Shown: piece by piece, positions 63,954 to 64,000 of the stretch
Layout: every line of letters begins with the position of its first letter
Position numbering within the stretch: position 1 is the first letter of the stretch
DNA from: Candidatus Aenigmatarchaeota archaeon
GTDB lineage: Archaea > Aenigmatarchaeota > Aenigmatarchaeia > GW2011-AR5
Direction: 5' to 3'
Assembly: GCA_016187335.1 (NCBI GenBank)
Contig: JACPJW010000002.1
Location: 1 to 64,000, forward strand
Length of the DNA: 64,000 nt
The notes under the pieces: model-generated
What the model was told of the DNA's origin: nothing
The model's database searches: none
What the model saw: the letters and a program-made list of their open reading frames with translations, nothing else
Translations under genes and position numbers: made by a program

Positions 63954-64000
63954 GAAATCACTATTGTATATTTTTTATACATTTAATGCTTAATTATTTA

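Overview
Archaeal chromosome segment, most likely from a DPANN-type archaeon (inference: archaeal-type ribosomal proteins and aRF1, intron-containing tRNAs, many orphan small ORFs and Cys-rich surface proteins). Positions 5.6-22.4 kb hold the canonical L3-to-SecY ribosomal superoperon on the minus strand, interrupted by at least seven non-ribosomal ORFs. Elsewhere are nadK, cmk, valS, aRF1, tatD, pcm, treS, mscS, S8e, Sm, L37e and metG, plus a candidate nuclease/methyltransferase pair, a HicB-HicA-DUF2283 module, a secreted 3D-domain protein and several large surface proteins. There are four tRNA genes: Ile-GAT (two non-canonical introns), Ala-CGC, Ala-GGC (one intron) and Lys-CTT (two introns). 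The main finding is a family of short palindromic elements. About 12 copies of family A and several of a related family B sit at stop codons of operon genes, inside a coding sequence (L4 C-terminus), and as the core of D-loop and T-loop tRNA introns. Related hairpins look like in-frame inserts in the methyltransferase and ValRS. Copies show compensatory base changes. No transposase, integrase or CRISPR array is visible in the window.
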